Shown here: one piece after another, positions 14,801 through 26,259 of the stretch
Numbering within the stretch: the stretch's first letter is position 1
Layout: each line of letters starts with the position of its first letter
Assembly: GCF_964355755.1 (NCBI RefSeq)
Contig: NC_092670.1
Coordinates: forward strand, 38,056,388-38,120,387
Reading direction: 5' to 3'
Origin: Antedon mediterranea
Lineage: Eukaryota > Animalia > Echinodermata
DNA length: 64,000 bases
Made by a program: the position numbers and the translations under genes
The notes under the pieces: model-generated
Told to the model about the DNA's origin: nothing
What the model saw: only the letters and a program-made list of their open reading frames with translations
Database searches by the model: none

Positions 14801-17800
14801 TCAATATTATTAATCGCCATATTTATCAGTATATTAATCAATCAATTAATGCATTATCTAACTTAATTGAATGTTAATCAATATCATCATTCAATACATA
14901 CAATTTATTAAACCCCTCAGTATATTTATCATTCAGTATTTTAATCAGTATATGGGTAAATATAATATAGGTGATTTTATTATTCAGACAATGGACAACC
15001 ACTTCACTCATCACAGCATAGTTAAAACAATTATTTACAGTAGGTCAAAGTGTGTATAATCAAAACAGTCATGACTTCCAATAGTCAATTAAGATATATC
15101 TAGTGACAGTTCTCTTATTCTTTATAGACAAATACATGTCAAGTCATGACTTGCAATAGTCAGTTAAGGTATATCTAGTGACAGTTTTCTTATTCTTTAT
15201 AGACAAATACATGTCATAACAACAAATGTAGGAAACCGTTACCACGATGTTGTTTGTGTTTGATGCACATGGGAACAGATTCATTTTATAAAGGTAAATG
15301 CATTCTTTCTAAATACCCCTTTCACAAAACTTAGGAGAAAAAACACTGTACATACCAGGGTGCACACGATGCAAAACACAAATGTTGACCCCCCAGTCTG
15401 TGTATACACCAGAGTTTGTCTAGGCGGTGTGAAAAGGGTATCATTGTTCTATTGTATTGTGCTGGTAATGTAGCATATCCATTTACATACATGCTTCCTA
15501 ACTCGATGTCTTTGATTCAATCCGAATAAGAGGAAAGAGGGTTATGTCGCTCGGGTCATCAAACTAAATCTTAATTTTTAAACAAATTTAACAGAAAAAT
15601 TTGACACCAATACTACAAAATCAGAGAAGAAAAAGACAGTCTCAAATAACTGGTTCACGTGGTGTCAATCGTGCAGGCACGGAGGTCATTCGCACCATTT
15701 AAAAGAATGGTTCAGGTAACCTTTTTAATGATTGTAAAGATGTATTGTCCCTTGAAACACAAAATATGAAGGTCAAAATATTCTAAATTTAAATTGATCA
15801 AAGTAAATATTAAAGTTATTCACTTCAAGTCGAAAATTCGAGCCAAAAACAAGATTAAGTAATTAACAGGTAAAATTATTTGATTACATTTTGTCTGGAA
15901 AATCGTCGGGAGCAAAACTAAACAAAGATTTCAAACCACGTGTATGCATTATGCATGATGCTAATTACGATTGTTTACAACTCGTAACGGTTGAGAAGGT
16001 GTTTTCACACAGATCGCGAGCAGGGGTGGCGCCAGGATCTTCCCGACGCGGGGGCTACATTCCCCGACGAGGGGGCTATGCGAGCGAAGCGAGCATCACT
16101 AGGCTGGGGGCCGCCAAGGGCCCCCGGTGGGGGTCCAGGAAGCAACGCGAAGCCCCCGGAAGCAACGCGTTCTAGCGTCATTTGAGGTCATTTTAATCAG
16201 ATTTAGGGTAGCCATTTTTTCCATTTTTTTATAATGCATAAATAAAATACTGCGTGCAAAAAAACGATGCGCGATGACTGTTTCAATCCATATTTTTCAA
16301 TTTAAAAAATAAAAGTTCAAAGAAAATTTAGAAAAATAGAGTTGGAGGTCCCGGAAATTGGACTTATTATACTTCAAAACATGAAACAAAATATATAAGT
16401 CCCTATCAAGGTTGTGACTGAGCTAAGAAATGTTTGAAAAATAGAGATGTTAGGTCCCGGAAAATGCACTTCTTGTACTTCGAAATATGACCAGCTTTAT
16501 TGTTGGGGCTGAGCTAAGGAACTCTTTAAAACTAGAGCTGCAGGTCTTCAAAAAATTGCATTTTATACTTTGGAAACATCAGGCCTAGAGGCTTAAAAAA
16601 CGCAAGCGTAGACCTTTTTCAGTCGGGGAAATAAGTTTATTCCTCCCAAGTGTATGCGTGCGTACCATCTGGACTTCCAAGTGGTGAGAAATTCATGACA
16701 TTACAGGACATTGAAAATGTAATAACTTAGCTATAATAAGATGTTGGCTAAGCGAAAATGGCATGTTTTTTTGTTTAGTAATGGATGAAAAATTTATTTT
16801 AGGTGCCCCACGGTACAGAAGGTTACTTGTAAATTAAAAAATTGGTGAACATACGAACAATTAACATAATTCGTTTTTGCTGTAGTGTAGCGTACGTCGA
16901 CGCAGTACACGACGTAACCGTCAGTAAACTTCGCCTGGAAAATAACTACAGTACACATTTTGGTCCCTGGATGGAACATGATATCACGCGTCTCGACCCA
17001 ACGTTGAACGATTCGTACAAAGGGATACCGCCAGACAAGTGCGAACCTTAGCTATTGTTTAGTAGTAAGTTAGATCGCTGGCAATAATGAATGCATATAA
17101 AGTGCATAATATCACTCTGACGTACTCTCACGGTCAATAAAACGTCGCGGTTTTCTAGGCGCTGAAGCTAGCTACGAAGTAAACGCGAACGCTTTTTACT
17201 GTATATTATATTCCCCGACAAAAAGTACCCGTGTTCCCTTCGGTAACCGTCGATAAACTTCGCCTGGAAAATAACTACATTACACATTTTGGTCCCTGGA
17301 TGGAACTTGATATCACGCGTCACGACCCAACGTTGAACGATTCGTACAAAGGGATACCGCCAGACAAGTGCGCTAGCTAATGTTTAGTAGTAAGTTAGAT
17401 CGCTGGCAATAAATGAATGCATAAAAGTGCATAATAGCCCTCTGACGTACTCTCACGGTCAATGGAACGTCGTGGTTTTCTAGGCGCTGAACAAGCTATA
17501 TGAAGTGAACGCGAACGTTTTTTACTGTATATTATATTCCCCGACAAAAAGTACCCGTGTTCCCCGACAGGGGGCTAGGCTCCCCGACGAGGGGGCTAGA
17601 GCCCCCGTAGCCCCCCCGCTGGCGCCACCACTGATCGCGAGGAAGTTTTATGATGATGCATACAGAGTAGCCAAACAAGCACGTTGCATTATGAGATATG
17701 TTTTGATCGAAAACTTTGACTGGAAGTCAAAAAATTTCTGTATTTCAGTTAAACAAAATTTTTCCAGCTAATTTTTGGTGAAAGTTAGTAACTATTATAA

Positions 17801-18164
17801 TACTTCAAAATGACTCACTTTTTTTCGAAATCTTAATTTTTTTGGGACAATACATCTTTAAAGTAAGCTACATTGGGTTTTTGGGGACCCCTTTGGAAAC
17901 TAGCCTTTGGGCTTGTCCTCTGTTTTCCAAGTATAATGTATGTATTAGTCTATGTATTTATTTTCATTCATATATTATGTCGTTTTATAAATTTTACTGT
18001 TCTTGAACTCAATAAATATACTTACTAATAAAAATACAGAAAAAGAGAAAATTCTTAATTTTAACTTTTTCAGTGGTCACGTTGAATGTCCAGTTACTTC
18101 CTGTACATGTCGTTGTATGCTTATGGATTCGGTAGGTAGTATATCATCCGTTGTCACATCGTGA
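2849..18164 (+). CDS. MIOS: GATOR2 complex subunit MIOS (WD40 propeller, alpha-solenoid, C-terminal Zn-finger/RING), ~881 aa, 19 coding exons
   Basis: Phase-consistent GT-AG exon chain: 2849-3082, 3467-3658, 3850-3913, 4227-4406, 5011-5147, 5915-6038, 6384-6422, 6700-6818, 7393-7518, 7961-8220, 8488-8556, 9495-9610, 11809-11978, 12521-12712, 13212-13345, 13970-14156 (donor could be 14144), 15203-15293, 15595-15715, 18074-18164. Motifs resemble human MIOS: [94 protein letters not shown]. Confidence 0.96.
3243..3323 (+). pseudogene. 5S rRNA pseudogene fragment (or SINE3 head)
   Basis: GTTGAAACACCGGTTCTCGT...CCGAAGTTAGCAA...ACTTGGATGGGAAACCG matches the internal part of metazoan 5S rRNA with substitutions and indels; both ends are missing. 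Confidence 0.75.
5148..5914 (+). other. U12-type (minor spliceosome) GT-AG intron in MIOS
   Basis: 5' splice site GTATCCTTT; branch-site-like TTCTTTAAC (5893-5901) ends 13 nt before the exon start; no strong polypyrimidine tract. Confidence 0.8.
6516..6630 (-). mobile_element. Degraded RTE-clade LINE 3' fragment
   Basis: Minus-strand translation [24 protein letters not shown] resembles the RTE ORF C-terminus (TYID.L..DTG....L...M.DR). Confidence 0.45.
6850..7176. mobile_element. Kolobok/T2-like MITE (family B)
   Basis: TTAA followed by AGATACACTGTCCCC ... GGGGACAAT. Internal sequence (ttgaatatgccatttt, ttgaccaaaaa, tttacctgaaaaaa) is shared with copies at ~30000-30640 and ~36000-36137 (reverse), with a remnant at ~24465. 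Confidence 0.65.
7644..7837. mobile_element. hAT-type MITE
   Basis: Termini CATTGGCGTAGC / GTTACGCCACTG; 8-bp TSD gtcataag/gtcatacg (one mismatch). Confidence 0.75.
8590..8802 (+). repeat. 28-bp minisatellite, ~7.5 copies
   Basis: Unit aggcaattcctttctgtagttgtgtatt. Confidence 0.95.
9982..11530. mobile_element. Non-autonomous Kolobok-like DNA transposon, 1.55 kb
   Basis: TIRs AGGGGGATTCTGGGTTTAAAAT / ATTTTAAACCCGGAACCCCCCT, TTAA on both sides, CpG-rich interior, no transposase ORF. Confidence 0.8.
11535..11784. mobile_element. PIF/Harbinger-like MITE (family A), composite copy; about 16 full or partial copies in the window
   Basis: Family TIR AGCTCTGTCTACACTATCAAA, TAA/TTA flanks, internal 21-bp repeat atgcccaaatatggtagtgat. 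Other copies (approximate): 12258-12412, 21721-21868, 22245-22382, 23187-23344, 25071-25114, 25433-25470, 25485-25615, 27541-27678, 31574-31730, 33422-33607, 39615-39650, 41585-41730, 42502-42535, 43274-43432, 53480-53614. Confidence 0.88.
14160..14850 (+). repeat. Degenerate AT-rich minisatellite
   Basis: Recurrent atattattaatcactatatttatcaat units starting at the MIOS exon 16 donor. Confidence 0.9.
15314..15440. mobile_element. Small MITE
   Basis: Inverted termini TACCCCTTTCACA / TGTGAAAAGGGTA. Confidence 0.5.
15738..17857. mobile_element. Kolobok/T2-like non-autonomous element interrupted by a hAT insertion
   Basis: Perfect 14-bp TIR AGATGTATTGTCCC / GGGACAATACATCT, flanked by GTAA / TTAA. 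Confidence 0.8.
16021..17633. mobile_element. Non-autonomous hAT-type transposon, 1.6 kb
   Basis: TIR CAGGGGTGGCGCCAG / CTGGCGCCACCACTG, perfect 8-bp TSD ATCGCGAG, subterminal CCCGACGAGGGGGCTA repeats, internal ~325-bp tandem duplication (16914-17237 / 17243-17561). Confidence 0.9.
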
Positions 18165-18935
18165 CATTCAGCCCGCTAAACAGCTGAGCAAATGGACGCT
18201 GCTGCTGGATACGCCGGGGCAAGAAAATGTCAACCATTAAGGGCATTTGAAGTGTGCTTGAAAATTTGTCAACAAATTCCAAATCCAATAGCAGGTGGCA
18301 TAATGCAACAGGCTTGTCGAGCACACTGTCCTGATCAAGAACTATTATTATAGGATAATTCCGGAGATGAGGTTTTAGGAAAAAAAGTAAACAACATTAT
18401 GCCTTGTACACTGTATATGAATTTATAAAGGGAATACTGATACTGTATTATTAAAGTTGTCTCTAAAATATATTGTCTTTTTTTCCTGTACAAGGCATTT
18501 CTTATCCAGGTGTACTGCATATTTCAAGGTCTGAAATGGTTTACATTTGTTTGGAAACATACAGTATATACTGCCTCGCATTCAACATTTTACGTTATGT
18601 TATTACTGTAATTTATTACAATTATTTAGCAAAAAAAACCTTTAAAAAAACAACCGAAACTAAATAAGATTACTACTGTATAAGTTTATTTAACAAGTCA
18701 GTTAGGTGTATACTTTTGGGAATTGTCAAAAATGATGTGAATTGTACATTGCTGGTTAGTTGCAACTATAGCTTGTTTTTGCTGCCTCTCTCTGTCATGG
18801 ATCGAAAGATTTCAGTCAGAGTTAACTGCATAAATGATTGATGTCCATATATAAGGATGATGGAAGTGATTGTGTACAAAAACCACATTGTCATTGCTAC
18901 CAGTGAGTGTCTTAGGTTTGCGAGTTCTTTAACGA

Positions 18936-19936
18936 CTAGTTTTCATTGTCTGTTTTCATATATAAATAGAATTTACTGTGTTCATGGGTCAGTTTGACCG
19001 CTTCATCGTACATGTTCATATCTATAAAAAAAATAAAACAAAAAGTACTAATTATATTATATAAGTTTCAATGCTATGCTACCAAAACTTCTGTAATTAG
19101 TATTTGATAGACATTTAATGAATAAAACAAAACATTTTCTAGTTAATTAAACTTTCAAATTTTATTTTACTAATTATAAAAGCGGTTAATTACCCATATC
19201 GATATCGCCATGGTTTACATATTGATGGCAATTGATTTGTCGTGGGTTCGGACAAACTTGTCCGATCACTTCAGTTATTCCTTCTACAGAGTCTTCAAGC
19301 TTTAAAAAAAAAAACAATTCCATTCAACACATTATATGAAGGTCACACAGATTATTAAAATTTGGTTTTTAAACATCCATCTACTACAAATTATTAGTGC
19401 CAACTGCATGAAAAAACTTACAGATTCTGGTAATAATATTTCTATGTCAACATTATCTGTTGATGTCAACACAAAAGATGCACCATTTTGATCAACCTAA
19501 AAATGTAATTAATGTCCATGGACGATATTATTATGAAATATTAATAAATAATATATACAGTATATATAGGCCTAGTACTTAGTAGCCCTCTAGGCCTAAA
19601 AACATTTAAATAATACTAGGGCCTATCTATAGCCGAATTAATAGCCTTCTTCTACCTTGCCCTGGGGTTAGGGGCAATAAGTATGGTATAGGAATACCGT
19701 GCACAGCCTGGGTTATAGGCCTAGCTCTCTATAGGCCTAGTTTAAGGGGATCGCCCAGACAGTCGGCCTACTACTAGCCTAGGCCTCTAGTAGGGCCAGG
19801 CCTAGCAGTAGGCTTAGTAGGCTAGTATATAAAATGAACTTACACTTTTTACTTTACCAAGCAAATTTACTAGACATCCTTCATATCTAGGAAGCATAGA
19901 TGCGTTGACACGTGGATTTGCTTGTACTTCTGTCAT
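18936..19936 (-). CDS. RPA3: Replication protein A 14 kDa subunit (RPA3), 119 aa, 4 exons
   Basis: Minus-strand exons 19936-19844 (MTEVQANPRVNASMLPRYEGCLVNLLGKVKS), 19496-19422 (VDQNGASFVLTSTDNVDIEILLPES), 19299-19194 (LEDSVEGITEVIGQVCPNPRQINCHQYVNHGDIDM), 19021-18936 (DMNMYDEAVKLTHEHSKFYLYMKTDNEN*). All introns are GT-AG and in phase. Resembles human RPA3 (PRSRINAGML..., GIVEVVGRV, DLGLYNEAVKIIH). Confidence 0.95.
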
Positions 19937-19939
19937 ATT

Positions 19940-20280
19940 GCTTTTTGTTTTATTGGCTTTAGACTAGGCTGTCTTCTCCTTACTTTTTGTATCTGAAACT
20001 TTCTTTTTTCGCGCGAGTCGGTAACGATATTCGCGCGAACATTGAAGATTATAACATATGCAGAGAGATGATTGATGAGGATGTCTGTTCGTACGGTAAC
20101 CGTGTTAATAGGCAGTTTTTGAAACGATAGTATGAGGGCGCAAATCATTATTATTTTTGTGACCGTGACGTATTTTATTTATTTATTTTGACACAAAAAT
20201 AAATAGGCCTATAAAACGTTTGTCATAATGTTGTCATGCAATTCATTTTACTGTTTTTAAAGTTGCTATTTTGAAAGCAG
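19940..20280. promoter_or_regulatory. Bidirectional RPA3/UMAD1 promoter with E2F-like sites
   Basis: Short CpG-containing interval between the divergent genes. Contains TTTCGCGC (20007-20014), palindromic TTCGCGCGAA (20030-20039) and CRE-like GTGACGT (20165-20171). Confidence 0.7.
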
Positions 20281-20981
20281 TAAGTTTTAGAATATAGGCC
20301 GAGCCGTTTTTGTTACAATAGAGTTTAAGTTCTAGCCTAGCTAGGGTGGGTAGGCCTAGGCTAGGCCTAGATAATAATAATATTGTTTTAATGTAAGAAG
20401 GCCAGGCAAGAAGCCCAACAAAGGACCTCCTCCTCTCTCTCTCTCTGCCGCCTAGACTAGGCTTAGGATAGGCTAGGTATGAGTCTAGCTAGCTAGCTAG
20501 ACGGCAATGCCTGCCAGTAGCCTATAGGCTACTCGTCTAAGGGTGGGCCTAGGCCCTATGCTAGCTAGGTTTAGTTAAGGTAGGCCTAGCTAGTAATAAT
20601 AAGTATGGATGTAAATACAGTGTGTGTACACTTTTTTAAGACGGGGTTAATTAATTAAGGTGTCATTATTTATAATAGCTTCTAGCACTTACTATTGTTA
20701 TTATAAGAAGTAAAGATTGACATCTTTGGCCTATACTATACAGAGTTACAATTTATAAGGTTGTCAAATGTGTTTTTACATACCGTCATTAATTATTTAT
20801 TGTTTGAAGGTTTGCATGGCGAAATCAAATGTTGATAAAGTTTGTGGCGAACTGATATACGTAGTGTACCGTAAACCTTATATAATATCATCATTTATTA
20901 TAATATTATAATATCAAAAATTTAATTACAATATTTAACAATTTCATTTTATTTTTTTTCTATTTAAGTCTAGCTTATGTC

Positions 20982-23683
20982 ATGTTTTCACAAATGTTTC
21001 GAAAATCCCAACATTCAAGAGAAAACAAAAAAGCATTTGAATCTCTACAAAGATCCATGAGCAATGGAAGTTTTGGAAATATAGAAACAGATGAAAATAA
21101 TGAAGAAGATGGCTTTCTTGTTGTTGGAGAAACGGAGAAAGAAAGGAATACAATCAAGCCATTACCAGCTCCCCCGTCCTATGAAATGTATCAGCAAGTA
21201 AGTATCACATACTGCGTTGTGATTGGTCCTCAGACAAATGTAAACATCACTAATTGAGTAGATCGGACCCCCACCCCTCGTAAATCTATAAAAAAAAAAC
21301 AATTATCCTTGGACGATGATGTGTAAAGATTATGATGAGTAAAAAATTTTGTCAAAATCCCACAAAAAATTTTTTAAAAAAGGTTGCCAAGCAGTGAGTT
21401 GATCCTACTACCCCTGGTGGGGCCATACTACACCACCCAGCCATCCATCCCATCGATCAAATCAGGTTTTACTTTGTGTATGAATGAATAAAATTGACTA
21501 ATCAGACCTGGGTTGACATTGTTTCTAGTGTAAGATAGACTAAAAAACTATATTCTTACCTTTAAATTTCCCATAGAGCACATTCCTTCTAGAGAGTCAA
21601 CTAAAGAGAAACCACATTCTGTAATTTTATTAATTAATAATAATAATAATACCCTAAATTAGATTATAAAGAACTACATAAATCACAACATATAGCTTTT
21701 TGTAATATTATTGAGTGTAAAGTCTTGTCTACACTATCAAACTTTATGTGACAAAAAAATGTGATGTTCCCCAATATGGACATGATGATGCATATCACTA
21801 CCATATTTGCGAATATCGCTACCATATTTGGGCACAACACACTTTTGTTTGTCCTGGTTTGATAGTGCACACACAGTGTTAAAGAAACATTCCATGAGTT
21901 TGAATGTGTGTGATGGAAATATTATTGTCAAATCGGCACAATTTATTTTACTTTATGAATTATGGAATACAATAACAACAAGCAAAACATTAATATTGAC
22001 ATTGTAAAACTAATAAATTCTCAGGTACTATAATATAAAAAAACTAAAAAGACATTTAGAATTCATCATCATTCATAGCCTTTGGCATGTAAAATCTTTG
22101 ATATCCTTTCAATCCATACATTGGTATTTAACAAACATTTTGATAACATAATATTGTGCTATTACAATCAGTAATGAGTATACTAGTAGTCTATAAAAGT
22201 CATTAACATAATATTGTGCTATTACAATCATAAAAACTGTGTAAAGCTTTGTCTACACTATCAAACTAGTTTAACAAAAAAAATGTGATGTGCCCATATA
22301 TATTGTAGTCATATACCTAAATATGGTAGTGTTATGACATCACATTTTTGTTGTCACAAAGTTTGATAGTGTAGACAATGCTTTACACAGATTTTATGAT
22401 TGTAATAGCACAATATTATGTTAATGACTTTTATAGTTTACTAGTACAGTATGTAGTCTTTATCCATTATGCTGATTCATCATCAGCATGCATTTTCTTT
22501 TAATACATTCTTTGCTCTTTTTTTCCTAACCATTAAAATGTAATCTTAATACATGTACAGCAGTCTGCTTGTATTAGTCATACCATACATTTCATTTTGT
22601 GTAATTGACTTTTATGAACACCTTAAAATAATCTAGATGTTTTTCAGGCGTTTTTTATGTTTATTTAAAATAATTAATTAATAAAAAAAAATATAAATAA
22701 GTATAAACTACATGCATAATTTCAGTTGGGCTCATAAAATTTGTCATTTTATACCCCCCCCCCCCTCCTTCTACTACAAATCCTGGATCTGCCACACTGA
22801 TATGTTACTACAGTACTAGGTTAAATATATAGATAATTATTTAAAATAATCATATATTAAAGATATTTTTATTGAAATATATTAATAATATATAAAATAA
22901 TGCATACAAACACAGCATGCAGTAATTAAGTCTTAAATAAACTATATACAGTAGGAGTACATTAGAAATAGTTTTTGATATTGTACATCAATGCTATTTA
23001 CTGTAAAATGCATGTACCATACTGATAATGGATATACTAATTAATTTTTGTGTAAAATTATCCATTAAACCTTGTCTATTCTTTAAACTTTTTTTTTTAA
23101 ATTATTATTTTTATTATTATCATTAACCCTGTAAAGAAAAGATTATGGGTTTATAATTATTAATATAATAATAAAAGTAATAGTTATCTCTGTCTACACT
23201 ATCAAAGTAGTTTGACAAAAAAAGTATGATGTGCCAAATATGGTAGTGATATGGCCACATATGGTAGTGATATGACATCATCATGTCCATATATGGGCAC
23301 ATCACATTTTTTGTCAAATAAAATTTGATAGTGTAGACAGAGCTTAATAGTATAGTAATAGTTTCTACACACTGTACAGTGATTGTTTCTTTATTGTTTT
23401 TTTTTTTCAGTATTCTCCCTACACACAGTCATCTCCTACAAACTCAGTAAATCATTCTCAACAGCAATCTAATGCATTCCATCAAGTGAACACACCCCTT
23501 GCCAGCAACCACTCGTCAAAAGTCTCACCAATGGATGGCGTGCCATTCCAGCTCTCCCCTTCGGTGTCAATGATGATGGGATCTTCCTTAAACGACTTAA
23601 ATATTCCACCAATAAAGACTTTTGAAGAAAATAAATTTGTTTACGATTTTTCACATGAACGTTCAGTATTGAAGGAATATTGA
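20982..23683 (+). CDS. UMAD1: UBAP1-MVB12-associated (UMA) domain protein 1, ESCRT-I accessory subunit, 162 aa
   Basis: Exons 20982-21197 and 23411-23683 (phase 0, GT-AG). EEDGFLVVGET, DGVPFQLSP and FVYDFSHERSVL resemble human UMAD1 EADGFVLLGDT, SDVPFTLAP and FWYDFTLENSVL. The gene is divergent from RPA3. A non-coding first exon probably ends at 20279 (gtaagt donor at 20280). Confidence 0.9.
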
Positions 23684-26259
23684 CATGTACAGTGTAAGTT
23701 CTTGTTGATTGCAAAACACAGTACAGTTCAAACACTATTAACATGTGCATGTCAAGCAATTCACCAGTGTGTTACTGAATCAAGAAATTTGCAATGCAGA
23801 TGCCATACAAAATGACCATTCTGGGACAGAGAAAAATTTGAAATAAAATAACAACAAATCATGTTTTTATCATTTGAATTGAGCAGAGTTATATTAAATC
23901 AGTTTTAAAAAATCGATTAATTAAGAAAATACATTCTATATTTCAAAATTCTACTCATCCCATGCATAATGTATTTGACGTGTTACGTAGCAGGTAAACG
24001 TTACCGATCCGTAATCTCTCGTACAAATAGGCTTCGTAACGGCTTTTATCCAGCTGCCATGGGCACTGAATGCTTGCCAGTATACAATACAAGAGTGATG
24101 TGACACTTGTAATTGTTGTGACACATTTTATCTATTTTTGTATCTCAGAGCAAACCTAATTTCTGGAAAAACAAAAGTAATTATTCACTGATGAATGAAT
24201 GAATGGAAGGATGTAAACAGATATCCATATTAGGATAAATACTACTGTAGGGCACAGTCTGTGATAACATGACGAATGATGAATAGGTTCTATTAATAAA
24301 AATTAAATGTTCCATAAATGATGCCCATTCAGACATTTAATTGCATACTCTTCGTTTTCTTCAATGAGTCATGTTTTGAAAAAAAAAGGTTTACAGGTTT
24401 TTAAAATAATTTTTATTCATTTGATTTTAATCAATCATTTATGAAACTATGTTTTTTACTTTAAAGATGTATTGTCCCCTTGAAAACTACAAAATAACCT
24501 ATTCTAAGTCTAATTTAATTAATCTTTATTTTTCATGTCTTTAATATTTTATTTTTGTTTGAATCCCATGCGGGGAGGGGGTTGTAAGGATGGGGATGGG
24601 GATGGGAGTTCCCCATCCCCGGCCCTATTAATCGCTGAAAAGACTTATTGATATCTTTTTTGACTGATAATGTATTTTAGCACTTCCCTGTATAAACCAG
24701 TGATGGTAAATCACTCCATTTCTTTGCAATAGATTTGTATATTTTAATTTATTTTAATTGTATATTATGAATATAACTTTTAATGATGTGTGTTCTACTA
24801 AGTATTCAAGCATACCATATTTGGTACACTATATTGTATAATACTAATGTTTTATTTTTATTTTGAATCATGTGCTCTATGTTGGATGTGCTTCATTTAT
24901 TCTTTAAAATTCAATTTATTTGCAATGTAAAAAAGCTTGTTTTTCACTTGGATAAAATGCAAGGATGGAGAGACACGCCCACTTAGAGACACACCCAATT
25001 TTAGCGATATTTGTTTTTCACAGCTCTAAAAGGGCAATTATTAGAAGGTTTTAACAAATCCTGAAAACCCATGTCCATATAATATGGGCACATCACATTT
25101 TGTTGTCACATAAAGTTTGATAGTGTAGACAGAACATAACATTTCATTTTAAATCAATTATTGTTATGGCTGTGTAAATTTTACAATACATGATAAAAAC
25201 AAGACTAATACATTAAAATTCTACTCATAAATTATGGACAGCTTTAATTATTACATGTAAACAATATTCTACTGCAGTCACTGCAGTAACTTACATATTC
25301 ACTAACCTACTTATTCAATAATTCAAAAATTAATAGTTTGTTTGGATAAAAAAAAAACTGCACTGTTAATAATTCTTACCCTTCTTCTTACTGAACTCAT
25401 ACATTAGAGTTTGACATGCTAGCCTACCCAAAGCTCTGTTTACACTATCAAACTAGTTTGACAAAAAAAATTGTATGGTACTAAAGCTCTGTCTACACAA
25501 TCAAACTTTATGTGACAAAAAATGTGATGTGCCCATATGATGATGTCATATCACTACCATATTTTGACACACCACACGTTTTTTGTCAAACTACTTTGAT
25601 AGTGTAGACAGAACTAAAGTTACATACTAACTGACATCCTTTCATTGTGTTGATTGACCTTGTGGGAACCAAAGCTTTAATTCATATTATATAAACTAGT
25701 ACAGTATCAAAAGTTTATAAACTATATTGTGCTGCCCTCTACAGGGCAGACAGCAAACAATGGATTGGTCAAGTGTCTATTTCTGCTGCATCTTTAAAAT
25801 ATTGTAAATAAAATACCATGTTGGATAACTGTATATTTTCAAGAGTCTGCAAAATATCTATTGCAAATATTTGTATTGAATAAAGAAAAAGAGAGTTAAC
25901 AGCACTGTATTTGTCATGAGCACTATACTATTAATGGTGCCAACAAATGCATATTAATAATTTTTTTAATAACTGCATATATGGTATATTTTCAGCATCA
26001 CAGAAACATGTCCAAAGAGTGCAGAAAAAGATAATATTTATATAGTAGTATAAAAATACTGCATTAATCACAATCAAATCATGTTTACCAAAGGTCATAC
26101 ATAACATAATGCAAGGGCATTTCTGTACAAAATATATTTTTCAGTTATTTCTTTGTCGCAAAGATTTTTCAAGTACCTGGGATTTTTAGCTGGTCCCTGT
26201 TGCAGGTTGTAAACTTTCTTTGAACAAGGAAACTATTATTTACATCTAATTTCAATAGA

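Noticed and set aside
15891-16185. RRGG-repeat ORF resembling an RNA-binding protein
   Set aside because: It spans the junction and GC-rich subterminal repeats of the hAT element.
19933-20148. 71-aa minus-strand ORF upstream of RPA3
   Set aside because: It crosses the promoter, has no recognisable similarity, and is out of frame with the RPA3 ATG at 19936.
24570-24622. G-rich tract (GGGGAT)n with G-quadruplex potential
   Set aside because: Short, immediately followed by its complement, next to a repeat remnant; no evidence of function.
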